Positions 31,144 through 42,100 of a stretch of 64,000 nucleotides of DNA are shown here, piece by piece. How positions within the stretch are numbered: position 1 is the stretch's first letter; each line of letters begins with the position of its first letter. Origin of the DNA: an uncultured Candidatus Saccharibacteria bacterium (GTDB lineage Bacteria; Patescibacteriota; Doudnabacteria; UBA920; VMFF01); contig CAYIKZ010000002.1 of NCBI GenBank assembly GCA_964364285.1, positions 3,800 to 67,799 on the forward strand, written 5' to 3'. The notes beneath the pieces were generated by a model. It had not been told where the DNA came from and made no database searches. It saw only the letters and a program-made list of their open reading frames with translations. The position numbers and the translations under genes are program-made.

Positions 31144-32448
31144 ATGAATATAAAGAAAAAAACAACAGTTTCTCAATCAAGCAAACCACAATCACTTCCT
31201 GGCTTAGCCGATATTATTCCAGGACAGGATAATTACTGGGATTTTGTAAGCTCTCATCTTCAAAGAATTGCTCGTGGTTATGGTTTCAACAGAATTGAAA
31301 TGCCACTCCTTGAAAATATTAGTTTGTACGCTCAAACAGAATTCGCAGAAAACAATGAAGCGGTTGATTTTGTAGACAACAGCGCAACCAAAATTGCTGT
31401 TAGAGCAGCAAGCATGCCATCTCTGATGCGTGCTTTTCATGAATACAAAATTCCGGAAGGACACAAGGTTTCAAAATGGTACTACCTGTCTCCGGTTTTA
31501 AGCTATGACCAGAAACAAAAGCAATACATTTCTTCTTGGCAATATGGTTTTGAAATGTTTGGCGAGTTTTCTCCTTTAAACGAGGTTCAGATGATTAGCT
31601 TGCTTTGGAAGTTCTTCAAAGCAATAGGTTTACAAAATGTTTCTTTGGAGATAGACAGCTTGGGTGACGAAGCTTGCAAAGGACAATACGAGGAAGCATT
31701 AACCGGATACTTACAAAGCAAGAAATATGAACTCTGCAATGATTGTGTGGCTGCAATTGAAGAGTTCCCAATGCAGGTTTTCAGATGCAACAACCTAGAG
31801 TGCAAAACCGTTGCAACAGACGCTCCACAATCAGTGGATTTCTTAGACACTGCTTGCCACAAACATCTTACAAATGTTTTAGAAGGATTAGATGAGTTGG
31901 GAATAATGTACGCGTTAAATCCAATGCTTGCTGGAAAAAAAGGAACATCTAAAACAACCTTTGCTTTCAAACACACAGAAACAACTCCAACAGGAACAGT
32001 AGACAGATTTCTAGGAGAGGGAGCATACCATGATCAGATATATAAAGAACTGACCGGTAAAAACGTGGTTTGTTTTGGTTTCCATTCAAACATTGAAAGC
32101 TTACAAAAAGCAGTTAAAGAACAAAAACAAGAACAGATTGAAACATTAGCAGCAGCAAAAGCAGAAGTTTTCTTAGCGCCACTAGGTGACCTTGCTTCAA
32201 AGAAAGCAATCAAGCTATTCTCAGAGCTTTGGGATGCACAGGTTTCAGTTCATGACCATTTTGGAGGAGAGGGAGTTAAGAACCAGCTTAAACTAGCAGA
32301 GGGATCAAAAGCCATGATTGCTTTAATCATTGGACAAAAAGAAGCTATGGATGACATGGTTATTCTAAGAGATGTTAAATCAGGAATGCAGGAAGTTTTC
32401 AGATATGATCAGATAATAGAAGAAGTTAAAAAAAGATTAGGGAAATAG
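31144..32448 (+). CDS. Histidyl-tRNA synthetase-like paralogue with degenerate catalytic motifs
   Basis: HisRS architecture including Cys-rich insertion and C-terminal anticodon-binding domain, but motif 2, the RGLDYY loop and GGRYD are not conserved. Confidence 0.8.
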   Translation: MNIKKKTTVSQSSKPQSLPGLADIIPGQDNYWDFVSSHLQRIARGYGFNRIEMPLLENISLYAQTEFAENNEAVDFVDNSATKIAVRAASMPSLMRAFHEYKIPEGHKVSKWYYLSPVLSYDQKQKQYISSWQYGFEMFGEFSPLNEVQMISLLWKFFKAIGLQNVSLEIDSLGDEACKGQYEEALTGYLQSKKYELCNDCVAAIEEFPMQVFRCNNLECKTVATDAPQSVDFLDTACHKHLTNVLEGLDELGIMYALNPMLAGKKGTSKTTFAFKHTETTPTGTVDRFLGEGAYHDQIYKELTGKNVVCFGFHSNIESLQKAVKEQKQEQIETLAAAKAEVFLAPLGDLASKKAIKLFSELWDAQVSVHDHFGGEGVKNQLKLAEGSKAMIALIIGQKEAMDDMVILRDVKSGMQEVFRYDQIIEEVKKRLGK

Positions 32449-32449
32449 C

Positions 32450-32782
32450 ATGGAAGAATGTGTATTTTGTAAAATCGTAAACAAAGAAGAACCAACTGAA
32501 CGAATCATATTTGAAGATCAGGATTTTTTGGTTTTTCCCTCAAAGTTTCCATCAGCAGAGACACATCTTTTGTTGATCCCTAAAAAACACATTCTTTCAA
32601 TGGCACATGTTTCTGAAGAAGAAACTGACATCTTAGGGCGTTTACTTGTTCTTTCAAGAAAAATTGCTGAACTAGAAAGCATAAAAGACTACAAATTGGT
32701 TTTTAACATCGGGAAATATCTGCACGTGCCACACTTACATCTACACCTTGTTGCAGGGAATCTAGAGAACGACCGAGTCTAG
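32450..32782 (+). CDS. HIT family protein
   Basis: CVFCKIV, HLLLIPKKH and HVPHLHLHL triad. Confidence 0.93.
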   Translation: MEECVFCKIVNKEEPTERIIFEDQDFLVFPSKFPSAETHLLLIPKKHILSMAHVSEEETDILGRLLVLSRKIAELESIKDYKLVFNIGKYLHVPHLHLHLVAGNLENDRV

Positions 32783-32920
32783 CAAAGAAGAAACAGTGCC
32801 GCCATAACAGGGCGGCATTTTTGTTTTAGAGAGAATTGCTCATTTGACCAAAGCCCATTTTTGGGGTATATTCATATCAGTTTTAATCAGTTTTTACATC
32901 CTTAGAAGGGGGTGACAGTA

Positions 32921-33157
32921 GTGGTAGAAGTTAAAAAGAAAGAAGGCGAGTCATTCGAAAGTTTACTCAGAAGATTTAACCGCAAAATACAACAAAGCGG
33001 TGTTTTAGTGCGTGCTAGAAAAACAAGATTTTTCGAGCCAGTAAAAAGCAAGCGATTTGTCAGAGAAGACGCTCGTAGACGCGCTGATTTAAAAGAGAAA
33101 AGAGAAGAGTTAAAAAAATCAGGTAAATTACCTATTAAAAAGTACGGTAGATATTAA
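32921..33157 (+). CDS. rpsU: 30S ribosomal protein S21
   Basis: VEVKKKEGESFESLLRRF...RFFEP; GTG start (32912 also possible). Confidence 0.88.
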   Translation: MVEVKKKEGESFESLLRRFNRKIQQSGVLVRARKTRFFEPVKSKRFVREDARRRADLKEKREELKKSGKLPIKKYGRY

Positions 33158-33163
33158 ACCCTC

Positions 33164-33601
33164 ATGTTAAAAGAACAAATTGACGCAGACTTAAAAGCAG
33201 CAATGATCGCAAAAGACCAGACAACACTGGATACTTTAAGAATGCTTAGAGCACGCATCAAAAACGAAGAAATAGCTAAGGGAAAAGATTCCACAGACGA
33301 AGATATTATTTCAATACTCGGTTCTGAAGTTAAAAAAAGAAAAGACTCAGTGACCGCGTACACACAAGGGAACAGACTAGAGCTAGCAGAAAAAGAACAA
33401 AGCGAAATCACAGTTCTACAAAAATATTTACCAGCTCAGCTTTCAGAACAAGAAGTAACACAGATCATAACAGAAGCATTAGCAGGGCAAACATTCCAAG
33501 CTTCTGAGTTTGGTAAGGCCATGGCTTTAGTAATGCCTAAGTTAAAAGGTAAAGCTGATGGTTCTTTAATTTCAAAAATCTTGAAAGAAAAGCTTAGTTA
33601 A
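33164..33601 (+). CDS. GatB/YqeY domain protein
   Basis: DLKAAMIAKD, KKRKDS, EITVLQKYLPAQLS and KGKADG. Confidence 0.93.
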   Translation: MLKEQIDADLKAAMIAKDQTTLDTLRMLRARIKNEEIAKGKDSTDEDIISILGSEVKKRKDSVTAYTQGNRLELAEKEQSEITVLQKYLPAQLSEQEVTQIITEALAGQTFQASEFGKAMALVMPKLKGKADGSLISKILKEKLS

Positions 33602-33610
33602 AAAAAACAA

Positions 33611-34855
33611 ATGCCACAACAACAATATCTTGTAGGTTTGGATATAGGGTCATCATACGTTAGAGTAGTTGTCGGAAAGATTGATGAAGAATCCAAAGTT
33701 CCAAGCATCATCGGAGTAAGCGAAACACCATCTTCTGGAATCAGAAAGGGAGTTATCATTGACATTGATGAAGCTGTTTCAACAATTTCTCAAGCACTTG
33801 AAAAAGTTGAACGCATGACAGGTATTGCTGTTACCGAGGCAACAGTAGCAATTGGTGGAGCACATATCTCATCAGTTGAATCACATGGAGTCATTGCAGT
33901 TTCCAGAGCTGATGGTGAGATCATGGAAAATGACATCATAAGAGTGATAGACGCTTCACAAGCGATTTCAATTCCAGCGAACAGGGAAATAATACACGTC
34001 ATACCTAAAAATTTTGTTGTTGACGGACAAACAGGAATAAAAGATCCGCTCGGTATGACAGGTATTCGTTTAGAAGTTGATACAGTCATAGTTCAGGCAG
34101 CAGCACCATTCATAAAAAACTTAACTAAAGCAATACAGCAAGCTGGTATAAAGATAAACGACATGGTTTTAGCACCTCTTGCCGCAGCTCAAGCAGTACT
34201 AACAAAGCGCCAAAAAGAACTTGGCGTTGCTTTAGTAGATTTGGGCGGTGGCACGACAGGTTTAGTTGTTTTTGAAGAAGGACAACTCTTGCACACATCA
34301 GTTGTTCCTGTTGGTTCAGCACATATTACAAACGACATTGCGATTGGCCTCAGAACTTCAATCGAAACAGCAGAGAAAGTTAAACAAAGATATGCTCATG
34401 CAATACCAAGAGAAGTAAACAGAAGCGAAGAAATAGATCTTTCTGAGATTGATTCATCTGAAGAAGAGCGTGTTTCAAGACACCATGTTGCTGAAATATC
34501 AGAAGCTCGCCTTGAAGAAATCTTTGATCTAGTAAACAAAGAATTAAAGACCATAAATAGAGACGGACAACTGCCGGCCGGGGTTGTTTTCACAGGGGCT
34601 GGCGCAAATCTTCCGGGCATACTAGAATTAGCTAAAAAGCAGCTTCGATTACCAGTACAACTTGGAGTTCCCGCAAACGTAAATACAATCATTGACCGGG
34701 TGGAGGACCCTGCATACGCAACAGCAGTGGGTCTAGTTCTTTGGGCTTTTGAATACCATCATGGTAGTGCTAAAGCACCAAAGTTTGGATTTGATATATT
34801 ACAGAATGCAAAATTGGATCCTCTAAAAAAGCTGTTTAAGAAGTTTTTGCCATAA
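33611..34855 (+). CDS. ftsA: Cell division protein FtsA
   Basis: [25 protein letters not shown] and ITNDIA. Confidence 0.97.
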   Translation: MPQQQYLVGLDIGSSYVRVVVGKIDEESKVPSIIGVSETPSSGIRKGVIIDIDEAVSTISQALEKVERMTGIAVTEATVAIGGAHISSVESHGVIAVSRADGEIMENDIIRVIDASQAISIPANREIIHVIPKNFVVDGQTGIKDPLGMTGIRLEVDTVIVQAAAPFIKNLTKAIQQAGIKINDMVLAPLAAAQAVLTKRQKELGVALVDLGGGTTGLVVFEEGQLLHTSVVPVGSAHITNDIAIGLRTSIETAEKVKQRYAHAIPREVNRSEEIDLSEIDSSEEERVSRHHVAEISEARLEEIFDLVNKELKTINRDGQLPAGVVFTGAGANLPGILELAKKQLRLPVQLGVPANVNTIIDRVEDPAYATAVGLVLWAFEYHHGSAKAPKFGFDILQNAKLDPLKKLFKKFLP

Positions 34856-34881
34856 TGAAAAAGAATTTAAACAAGAAAAAG

Positions 34882-36132
34882 ATGCAAGTTAAACCTAAAA
34901 TTGAGACCTACGCCAGAATCAAAGTGTTAGGTGTTGGTGGTTCAGGCACAAATGCAATTCACCGAATGATGGAACTTGGTATTAATGGTGTTGAGTTCAT
35001 TGCTATAAACACAGACGCGCAGGCATTACACAATTCCAAAGCTGATAAAAAAGTTCACATCGGAAGAACAATCACAAGAGGTCTTGGTGCTGGAATGAAT
35101 CCAGACCAAGGAAGACAAGCAGCGGAAGAATCACACGATGATATATTTGAAGCTATTGAAAATGCTGACATGGTTTTCATTACTTGTGGTTTAGGTGGAG
35201 GAACAGGAACAGGTGCAGCACCAATCATTGCAGAGCTAGCCAAAGAACACGGCGTCTTAACAGTTGCTGTTGTTACAAAACCTTTTGCATTTGAAGGAAC
35301 AAAAAGAAGAGACGTTGCAGAAGAAGGCTACTCAAATCTAAAAGACAAAGTTGACGCAATAATCTCAATTTCAAACGATCGAATCTTACAGATCATCGAC
35401 AAAAAAACATCCTTAATAGATGCTTTCAAAACAGTTGATGATGTACTAAGACAAGGTATACAAGGAATCTCCGATTTAATTACAACACACGGTATTGTTA
35501 ACGCTGACTTTGCGGATGTTAGAACAATAATGCAAGATGCTGGTACTGCTTTAATGGGTATTGGCAGAGCATCTGGTGAAGGCAGAGCAATCGAAGCCGC
35601 AAGAAACGCAATTAATTCGCCATTATTAGAATTAGCAATCGATGGTGCTAAAGGAGTCTTGTTTAATATCACAGGTGGAACCAACCTTGGAATGTTTGAA
35701 ATTGATGAAGCAGCTAAGATCATTACAAAGAGCGTTGATCCTGAAGCAAAAATCAAATTCGGCGCAGTTATTAACGAAGACATGACTGATGAAGTTCAGA
35801 TTACAGTCATTGCAACAGGTTTTGATGAGATGCAAAGAAAACCAAGCACAATTCGTTTGTCAGAAATTGATGAACAGCTCGGTGGTGGTATGAGAGAATT
35901 TAGAAAAATGGATGATATTAAAAGAGAAGACATCTTTAAAAAAGTAGAAAAGCACGAAGAACCAAAAATTGAACCAAAAAAAGTAGAAGAACCAAGAGTG
36001 GTTCAAGAAAAACAAGTTCTTCCAGAAGCGAGAGAAGTTAGGAAACCATTTTTTTCAGGAACAGCGCCAGTCGTTGATGAAGAAACAGATGAGTTAGACA
36101 TTCCTGCGTTCATCAGAAAAAAAATGAAGTAA
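34882..36132 (+). CDS. ftsZ: Cell division protein FtsZ
   Basis: GGGTGTG tubulin motif, NADFADV and C-terminal LDIPAFIR. Alternative start 34855. Confidence 0.98.
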   Translation: MQVKPKIETYARIKVLGVGGSGTNAIHRMMELGINGVEFIAINTDAQALHNSKADKKVHIGRTITRGLGAGMNPDQGRQAAEESHDDIFEAIENADMVFITCGLGGGTGTGAAPIIAELAKEHGVLTVAVVTKPFAFEGTKRRDVAEEGYSNLKDKVDAIISISNDRILQIIDKKTSLIDAFKTVDDVLRQGIQGISDLITTHGIVNADFADVRTIMQDAGTALMGIGRASGEGRAIEAARNAINSPLLELAIDGAKGVLFNITGGTNLGMFEIDEAAKIITKSVDPEAKIKFGAVINEDMTDEVQITVIATGFDEMQRKPSTIRLSEIDEQLGGGMREFRKMDDIKREDIFKKVEKHEEPKIEPKKVEEPRVVQEKQVLPEAREVRKPFFSGTAPVVDEETDELDIPAFIRKKMK

Positions 36133-36261
36133 AAACTCTAGACAAGAACGAAATTTTGTGATATAATAGATATGTAAAGTTAGAAACTCTAAGAAAACCT
36201 TAGAGTTTTTGATTGGTCGATTACCGATCCTTTGTTCCCAAAGATCTAGTGAATAAAGGGT

Positions 36262-36678
36262 ATGAAACAAAAACAAAAACGAAAAATGAAAACAAAGACT
36301 AAAGTCTATCAATCAGACGCGCACATTATTATGCCGTTGTTAGTTGTTGCTTTAGCAGCAAACCTTTTCTTGTTTGCTGTATCATATAGCAACGCATCTT
36401 TCTACGGCGAGGAGCGCGCATTCCCTGACCTCTTTGGTCCTGCTCAAATTTCACAGAATTTAGACCAGGTCATAAACAAAGTGGTTTTTAATGTTCAAGA
36501 TTCCTTAAACTTTGTTGCTACCGAAATAAAGCCAGCGGTAGTTGCATTTATGGGACTTGATGAATACCATTATGGTTCATCAAGACAAACTGCTTTAGCA
36601 CCACAAGTGCAGAGTTACACTCAAGGAGCAGTACTTGGTGCGATGTATTACAACCCAGCATATTTTGTTGGACAATAG
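36262..36678 (+). CDS. Hypothetical membrane-anchored protein
   Basis: One TM helix; C-terminal GAVLGA motif; own promoter-like TAGACA...TATAAT upstream. Confidence 0.6.
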   Translation: MKQKQKRKMKTKTKVYQSDAHIIMPLLVVALAANLFLFAVSYSNASFYGEERAFPDLFGPAQISQNLDQVINKVVFNVQDSLNFVATEIKPAVVAFMGLDEYHYGSSRQTALAPQVQSYTQGAVLGAMYYNPAYFVGQ

Positions 36679-36903
36679 AGAGTAGATGATCTGCGCGATG
36701 GGAGCTCGGATCGAATCTAGACGGAGGGTGCAGGGATAATTTTAAGCAACAATTCAAAACAAAGAACGCAACGGACTTCTACGCAAACCGAGGCGTTTTT
36801 TGTTTGTCCAAAGGATTTGGCAAAACCCGTACCTTATGTTAATTTTATATGTCGCGGTACATGCCGTGATACAAGTAGGTTCACAGTCTGACACGGAGGA
36901 CTC

Positions 36904-37620
36904 TTGGACAAACTGATGTTGCTTAACCGTATGGTGTTGGCTCTTGACGATATGGAACCGGATCAGATCGGTGAGCTGATCGCTGCACTTGCTCACAATG
37001 ATCTTCTTCCATGGTCGTTCAAGGTCAACGATCGTTGGGTCGAGAGTGGAAAGCAGACGGTACCGATGTTGCGTCTTGCGGCCGGCGGTGCTCACGTCAG
37101 GGTGCTCGCAGACCTGAAGCTCAGCGACACCCCCAAGACCATGAGCGCAAGCGCGAGGCGGGTGCGCGAGGCGGGTGCAGTTGCACTCACAATCCATGCC
37201 AGCTGCGGCCTTGATTCCATCAAGGCTGCGCTTGAGCACGGTCCAGCGGAGATCATTGCTGTGACCTTGCTCACCTCGATCAATCGGATGAACTGCCTGG
37301 CGCTCTACGGGCGTGAGCCGATTGAGCAGGTCAAGATCTTTGCCAAATACGCGCTCGAGAGCGGGGTTGGCAATCTGGTCTGCTCCGGGGAAGAAGTCGC
37401 GACGCTTCACGAGATGTACCCTGGCATCGGTCTGCTGGTTCCCGGTGTTCGTATGCCGGGTAGCGACCTTCGGGGTCAGAAGCGCATCACTACGCCATGG
37501 GATGCTTTCAACAACGGTGCAACGCGCATCGTTGTCGGAAGCGAAGTCACGATGGCGAAGGACCCAGTGGCTACGTTCGAGAATCTGCTCGCGGAAACTG
37601 AGAAGCACGTGGAGTTCTGA
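36904..37620 (+). CDS. pyrF: Orotidine-5'-phosphate decarboxylase (GC-rich patch)
   Basis: VLALD, DLKLSDTPKT (DxKxxD), AVTLLTS, VPGVR and IVVG; GGAGG SD with TTG start. Confidence 0.9.
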   Translation: MDKLMLLNRMVLALDDMEPDQIGELIAALAHNDLLPWSFKVNDRWVESGKQTVPMLRLAAGGAHVRVLADLKLSDTPKTMSASARRVREAGAVALTIHASCGLDSIKAALEHGPAEIIAVTLLTSINRMNCLALYGREPIEQVKIFAKYALESGVGNLVCSGEEVATLHEMYPGIGLLVPGVRMPGSDLRGQKRITTPWDAFNNGATRIVVGSEVTMAKDPVATFENLLAETEKHVEF

Positions 37621-37640
37621 CACCAACCGGAGGAGGAAGG

Positions 37641-38336
37641 ATGATAGTAACTGGGGGAAGGTGGCAGAACGAAGCTGTGACAAGCTTCCTAGACTCCCTC
37701 TGGGCCTTTGGCGCCATCATGGGCGTCGACAAGTCGCCAGAGGGCAAGGGGTTTCGGCTTGCGCTTCACGAGCGTAACCCAGATGCCCCACTCTCGCCGT
37801 TCTACTTCAACCTGCGGCGGGTCCAGTCGCACCCGGCGACCCTGTACATGGCAGCACAGATGATGAGGGAGAAGATCATCGAGGATATTGATGGTGGTGC
37901 TTTCCAACTCATCGCCGGCATTCCAACTGCCGGTACACCGTTTTCGACAGCCTTGTCCCTGCTGATGCATCGCGGACAGGTGTCGCCGCGGATGCAGGCG
38001 AAGGGGCACGGGGTTGGTGATCTCGTGGATGGTGACTTCCATGACGGGCAGACCGTTCTGTTGGTCGACGATCTGATCACCGAGGCTGATTCCAAGCTTC
38101 GTGCGATCGACATCCTGCAGCGCGCCGGTCTCATCGTTCAGAATATCGCCGTCCTGATCGACCGGGAACAGGGCGGCAGACAGCGGCTTGAGGCTGCTGG
38201 GTACAAGGTTCACCCCGTCTTCACGGTCACTGAAGTCTTCTCCTACTACCTGGCTGCTGGTGAATCCACCCAGTCCGCCTACGACCAGATCGTGGAGTAC
38301 CTCGACCGCGAAGCCGAGAAGCACGCGAACCAGTAA
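37641..38336 (+). CDS. pyrE: Orotate phosphoribosyltransferase (GC-rich patch)
   Basis: SPFYFNLR, GIPTAG, KGHG, PRPP motif VLLVDDLIT and LIDREQGG; GGAGGAGG SD. Confidence 0.88.
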   Translation: MIVTGGRWQNEAVTSFLDSLWAFGAIMGVDKSPEGKGFRLALHERNPDAPLSPFYFNLRRVQSHPATLYMAAQMMREKIIEDIDGGAFQLIAGIPTAGTPFSTALSLLMHRGQVSPRMQAKGHGVGDLVDGDFHDGQTVLLVDDLITEADSKLRAIDILQRAGLIVQNIAVLIDREQGGRQRLEAAGYKVHPVFTVTEVFSYYLAAGESTQSAYDQIVEYLDREAEKHANQ

Positions 38337-38509
38337 CAAACAATCGACAAGAGGAAAAACCGTCCCTGGAGGAGGACGGATGAAAGAAACAGGCTATGGC
38401 TCTGGTGCAGATTTTGTACCAGAGCCTGCTGTTTTTTAGTGATTGTGGATAAACTTGATTTAGTTGTTTAAAAAGGTTGAAATTATTGGATTTTTGATAT
38501 ATTTGCCTA

Positions 38510-38557
38510 CCACAACATATGGTGCTAAGATGTTTTTAGGAACACAAGATATAGTGT
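38510..38557. promoter_or_regulatory. Tandem NrdR boxes
   Basis: cCACAACATATGGTGc (38510-38525) and ACACAAGATATAGTGT (38542-38557), 32 bp apart, matching the acaCwAtATaTwGtgt consensus upstream of nrdR-nrdJ. Confidence 0.85.
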
Positions 38558-38676
38558 CCTGAAACAAAGACAAAAGCACATTCTTAATGTTCCCCGGTTT
38601 GTTTTTAACCTTATTTGGAGCTAAGGGCTAGTTATCATCGGCTCAAAAAAGGAAATATTACCTAAATTTTAAGACC

Positions 38677-39120
38677 ATGCGCTGCCTAAACTGCAATCAC
38701 GAAGACACAAAAGTTATTGACTCCCGCGTTGCTGGAGATGGTGTTGCAATTCGCCGCAGAAGAGAATGTAATTCCTGTGGTTTTCGTTTTTCTACATACG
38801 AAGAAGTTGAAATTTTAGATCTAACAGTTGTAAAAAGAGATGGAGTTAAAGAACTCTACTCTAGAGACAAACTAGAGCGGGGAATTAGGAGGGCATTTGA
38901 AAAAAGACCAGTCTCAGAAGAAAACTTCAAGAAACTAATATCACAGATTGAGCAGGAGATACAAAAAGTTGCAGATCCGGAAATAACGACAGAGCAAATT
39001 GGAGACATAGTCATGAAAAAGATTAAAAAGGTCGACAAGGTTGCTTACGTAAGATTCGCATCAGTATACAAACAGTTTGAAGACATTGAAGAATTCAAAG
39101 CAGAACTGCAAAAACTTTAA
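38677..39120 (+). CDS. nrdR: Transcriptional repressor NrdR
   Basis: CxxC...VIDSR...IRRRREC..C.FRFSTYE, ATP cone and VAYVRFASVY. Confidence 0.98.
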   Translation: MRCLNCNHEDTKVIDSRVAGDGVAIRRRRECNSCGFRFSTYEEVEILDLTVVKRDGVKELYSRDKLERGIRRAFEKRPVSEENFKKLISQIEQEIQKVADPEITTEQIGDIVMKKIKKVDKVAYVRFASVYKQFEDIEEFKAELQKL

Positions 39121-39149
39121 TAACCAATAACAGAAAACAATTAAAAACC

Positions 39150-42100
39150 ATGAGTGAAAACTTACAAATCAGAACCAAGAACGCACTATCCGAACTCGGA
39201 GAAAAAATCTTTCTAGATCGTTATGCAGTTAAAGATGCTAAAAAAGAAACATTGGCAGTAGGAGATACTGTTGTCATCAATGTTAATTTAAAAACAGGAC
39301 AGAGAGAAATTGGAACAGTTAAGGAAGTTGATAGGTTTAGCAAACAAGTAGAAGTAACCTTGCGCGATGGCACAGTAGAGAAACGCGCAATAGAGCATGT
39401 AGACAAACCTTTGGAAACAGTTCCTGAACAAATGTTTGAGCGCATAGCTCGTCATATTGCAAGCGTTGAGAAAACTCCAGAAAAACAAAATGAATGGCAG
39501 GGGAAATTTAGAGAACTAATGGATGACTGGAAATATGTTCCAGCAGGAAGAATCTTTACTGGTGCAGGAACCGGTCAAAACCTAACTTTTTACAACTGCT
39601 ATGTCATACCATGTCCTCAGGATTCTCGTGGTGGTATTTTTGACACACTCAGACAAATGGCAGAAATCATGTCCCGAGGGGGCGGTGTTGGTATAAACGT
39701 ATCTACGTTGAGACCAAGATACGCATATGTTAAAGGTGTTAATGGAAGATCCTCTGGTTCTGTTTCCTGGGCTTCTTTGTATAGCTTTGTTACAGGTTTA
39801 ATTGAACAGGGTGGTTGTTTTGGACCGAATGAAAGAATTGCAACCAATGTTGGTTTGGTTCCTGCAAAAGAATTGGCTGACCGTGTTGAAGCAGGTGAAG
39901 CAATATACGCCCAAACCCATAAAGGTATGCGCCGAATAACAGCTAAATTCAGAAATGGCGTGAAAGAACTTTATGAAGTAACAACTGAGCGTGGATTTAG
40001 CACCGAGATAACAGCAGATCATAAGGTTGCAGTACTATTAAACGGCCGAGTTGAAACAACTGCTTTAAAAAATTTGAAGCAAGGAGACGACATCTTGTTG
40101 TTGCTTGGCAATGCTACTGGTCAAAATTATGTGTCGCTTAAGAAAAGTGATTACAAGCGTTCTGTAATGAGTACGACCTTAAATACTGATGTTCGTCTTC
40201 CTGAAATGCTCAATGAAGATTTGGCATACCTTGTTGGATATATGTTGGGTGATGGATATGTGAGTTGGGGTAAAAAAGTAAATTGGTCTGCTCCTAAAGC
40301 TGTTAAAATGGCAACCGCCGATGCATACCCTGAAATTCGTCAGAGAATTGTTGATGCGATCCAAAATCTTTTTGGTGTTGATGCAGTAATTGAAAAAGGC
40401 GACGGTGCTTGCCAAAACGTTTCTTTGTATTCTCGCATTGTAATTGAGTGGCTCTTAGAAAATGGTTTACTCAAATCTAAAGCAAAAGATATTCGTGTGC
40501 CAGAAAGCATTTTTCGCTCACCGACCAGCGTGACTGGGTCATTCATAGCCGGGTATTTTGACGCTGACGGTTGCAACCGTGGAGCAAAGGGTGGTTATGG
40601 TATTGACAGCATAAGTCGTGAAATGCTCACAGACGTGCAACAGCTTTTAGCTGCAAACGGTGTCTTGTCTGCTATTCGTGCAACTGATCGAACAGAACAA
40701 GGTTGGCAAACAATCTATCGTTTAAGTGTTACTGGAAATCAATTTAAAGAGCGTTTTGCGGATTTGGTTTCTACTGCCAAGCGTTCTGACTTCAATGGCA
40801 AGCGCGATATGTTTAATACTTACCCGTCAGAAATTTTAGCTGCTGTCGGTGTGCGTAGCAAGGACCGTCAGGGAATCTATGATGGCACATCTCCGCAGGT
40901 TTCTTTTAATCAACTTGTACACATCCAAAAACGTTTGAATACTGTCGAACAATATTCTGCCGCCCAATATCTTGATGACATCATGCACACCATTCCTGAC
41001 ACGATTACCGCAATCAAATCGGTTGGTAAAAGCGATGTTTATGACTTTGAGGTTGAAGATGTCCATTTGCTCAGCGGTGGTGGTGTTTACACTTCAAACA
41101 GCAGAAGAGGCGCTTTAATGCTCATTCTAAACGTTTGGCATCCTGATATTGTTGATTTCATTAATGCAAAGAGAGAAGCTGGAAAAATAACTAACGCGAA
41201 TATTTCTGTTGGTATTACTGATGATTTTATGGAAGCAGTTAAAAATGATGCTGACTGGGATTTGGTTTTCCCAGACACATCAGATCCTTTGTATCAATCA
41301 GAGTGGGCTGAGACACAAGGTGATATTAAAGCATGGCAAAAACTTGGTGGTAAAGTCGTTGTTCATAAAACAATGAAAGCAAAAGAAATCTGGGATCAAA
41401 TCATTTCCTCAGCATGGTCTTCAGCAGAACCTGGTGTTTACTTCATTGATCGCGCAAACTATCTTTCAAATTCTTACTACTACGCAGCATTGCCTTGTAC
41501 CAATCCTTGTGGTGAACAACCACTTCCTGCTTGGGGTGTTTGTAACCTAGGACATGTTAATCTTGCAAAACATCTTACAAACAATGAAGTTGATTGGCAG
41601 AAATTAAAAGAAACAGTAAGATACGCAGTTCGTTTCCAGGACAATGTCATAGATGCAACACCATACTTCTTTGATGAGAACTTTAAACAACAAATGTCTG
41701 AAAGAAGAGTTGGTATGGGAACAATCGGACTCGCAGAAATGTTAATTAAATTAAGAATTAGATATGGCAGTGATCAAGCAATTCAATTCATCGACAAACT
41801 ATATCAATTCATTGCAGTTACATCTTACGAAACATCAGTAGAAATCGCTCGTGAAAAAGGATCTTTCCCTCAATTTGATGCTGAAAAATTCTTAGAAAGC
41901 GGATACATGAAAGCAATGCCTGAATATATTCGTTCATTAGTAAGACAATACGGTGTAAGAAACGTAACAATAATGACTCAGGCACCAACTGGAACAATCG
42001 GAACAATGGTTGGAACATCAACAGGAATTGAACCATTCTTCTCATGGACATACTTTAGAAAGAGCAGACTTGGTGTTCATGAAGAAAAGATTAAACTAGC

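Noticed and set aside
38380-38439. 19-aa ORF MKETGYGSGADFVPEPAVF after a GGAGG
   Set aside because: It coincides with the terminator hairpin after pyrE and its SD is largely sequestered in a stem; no other support.
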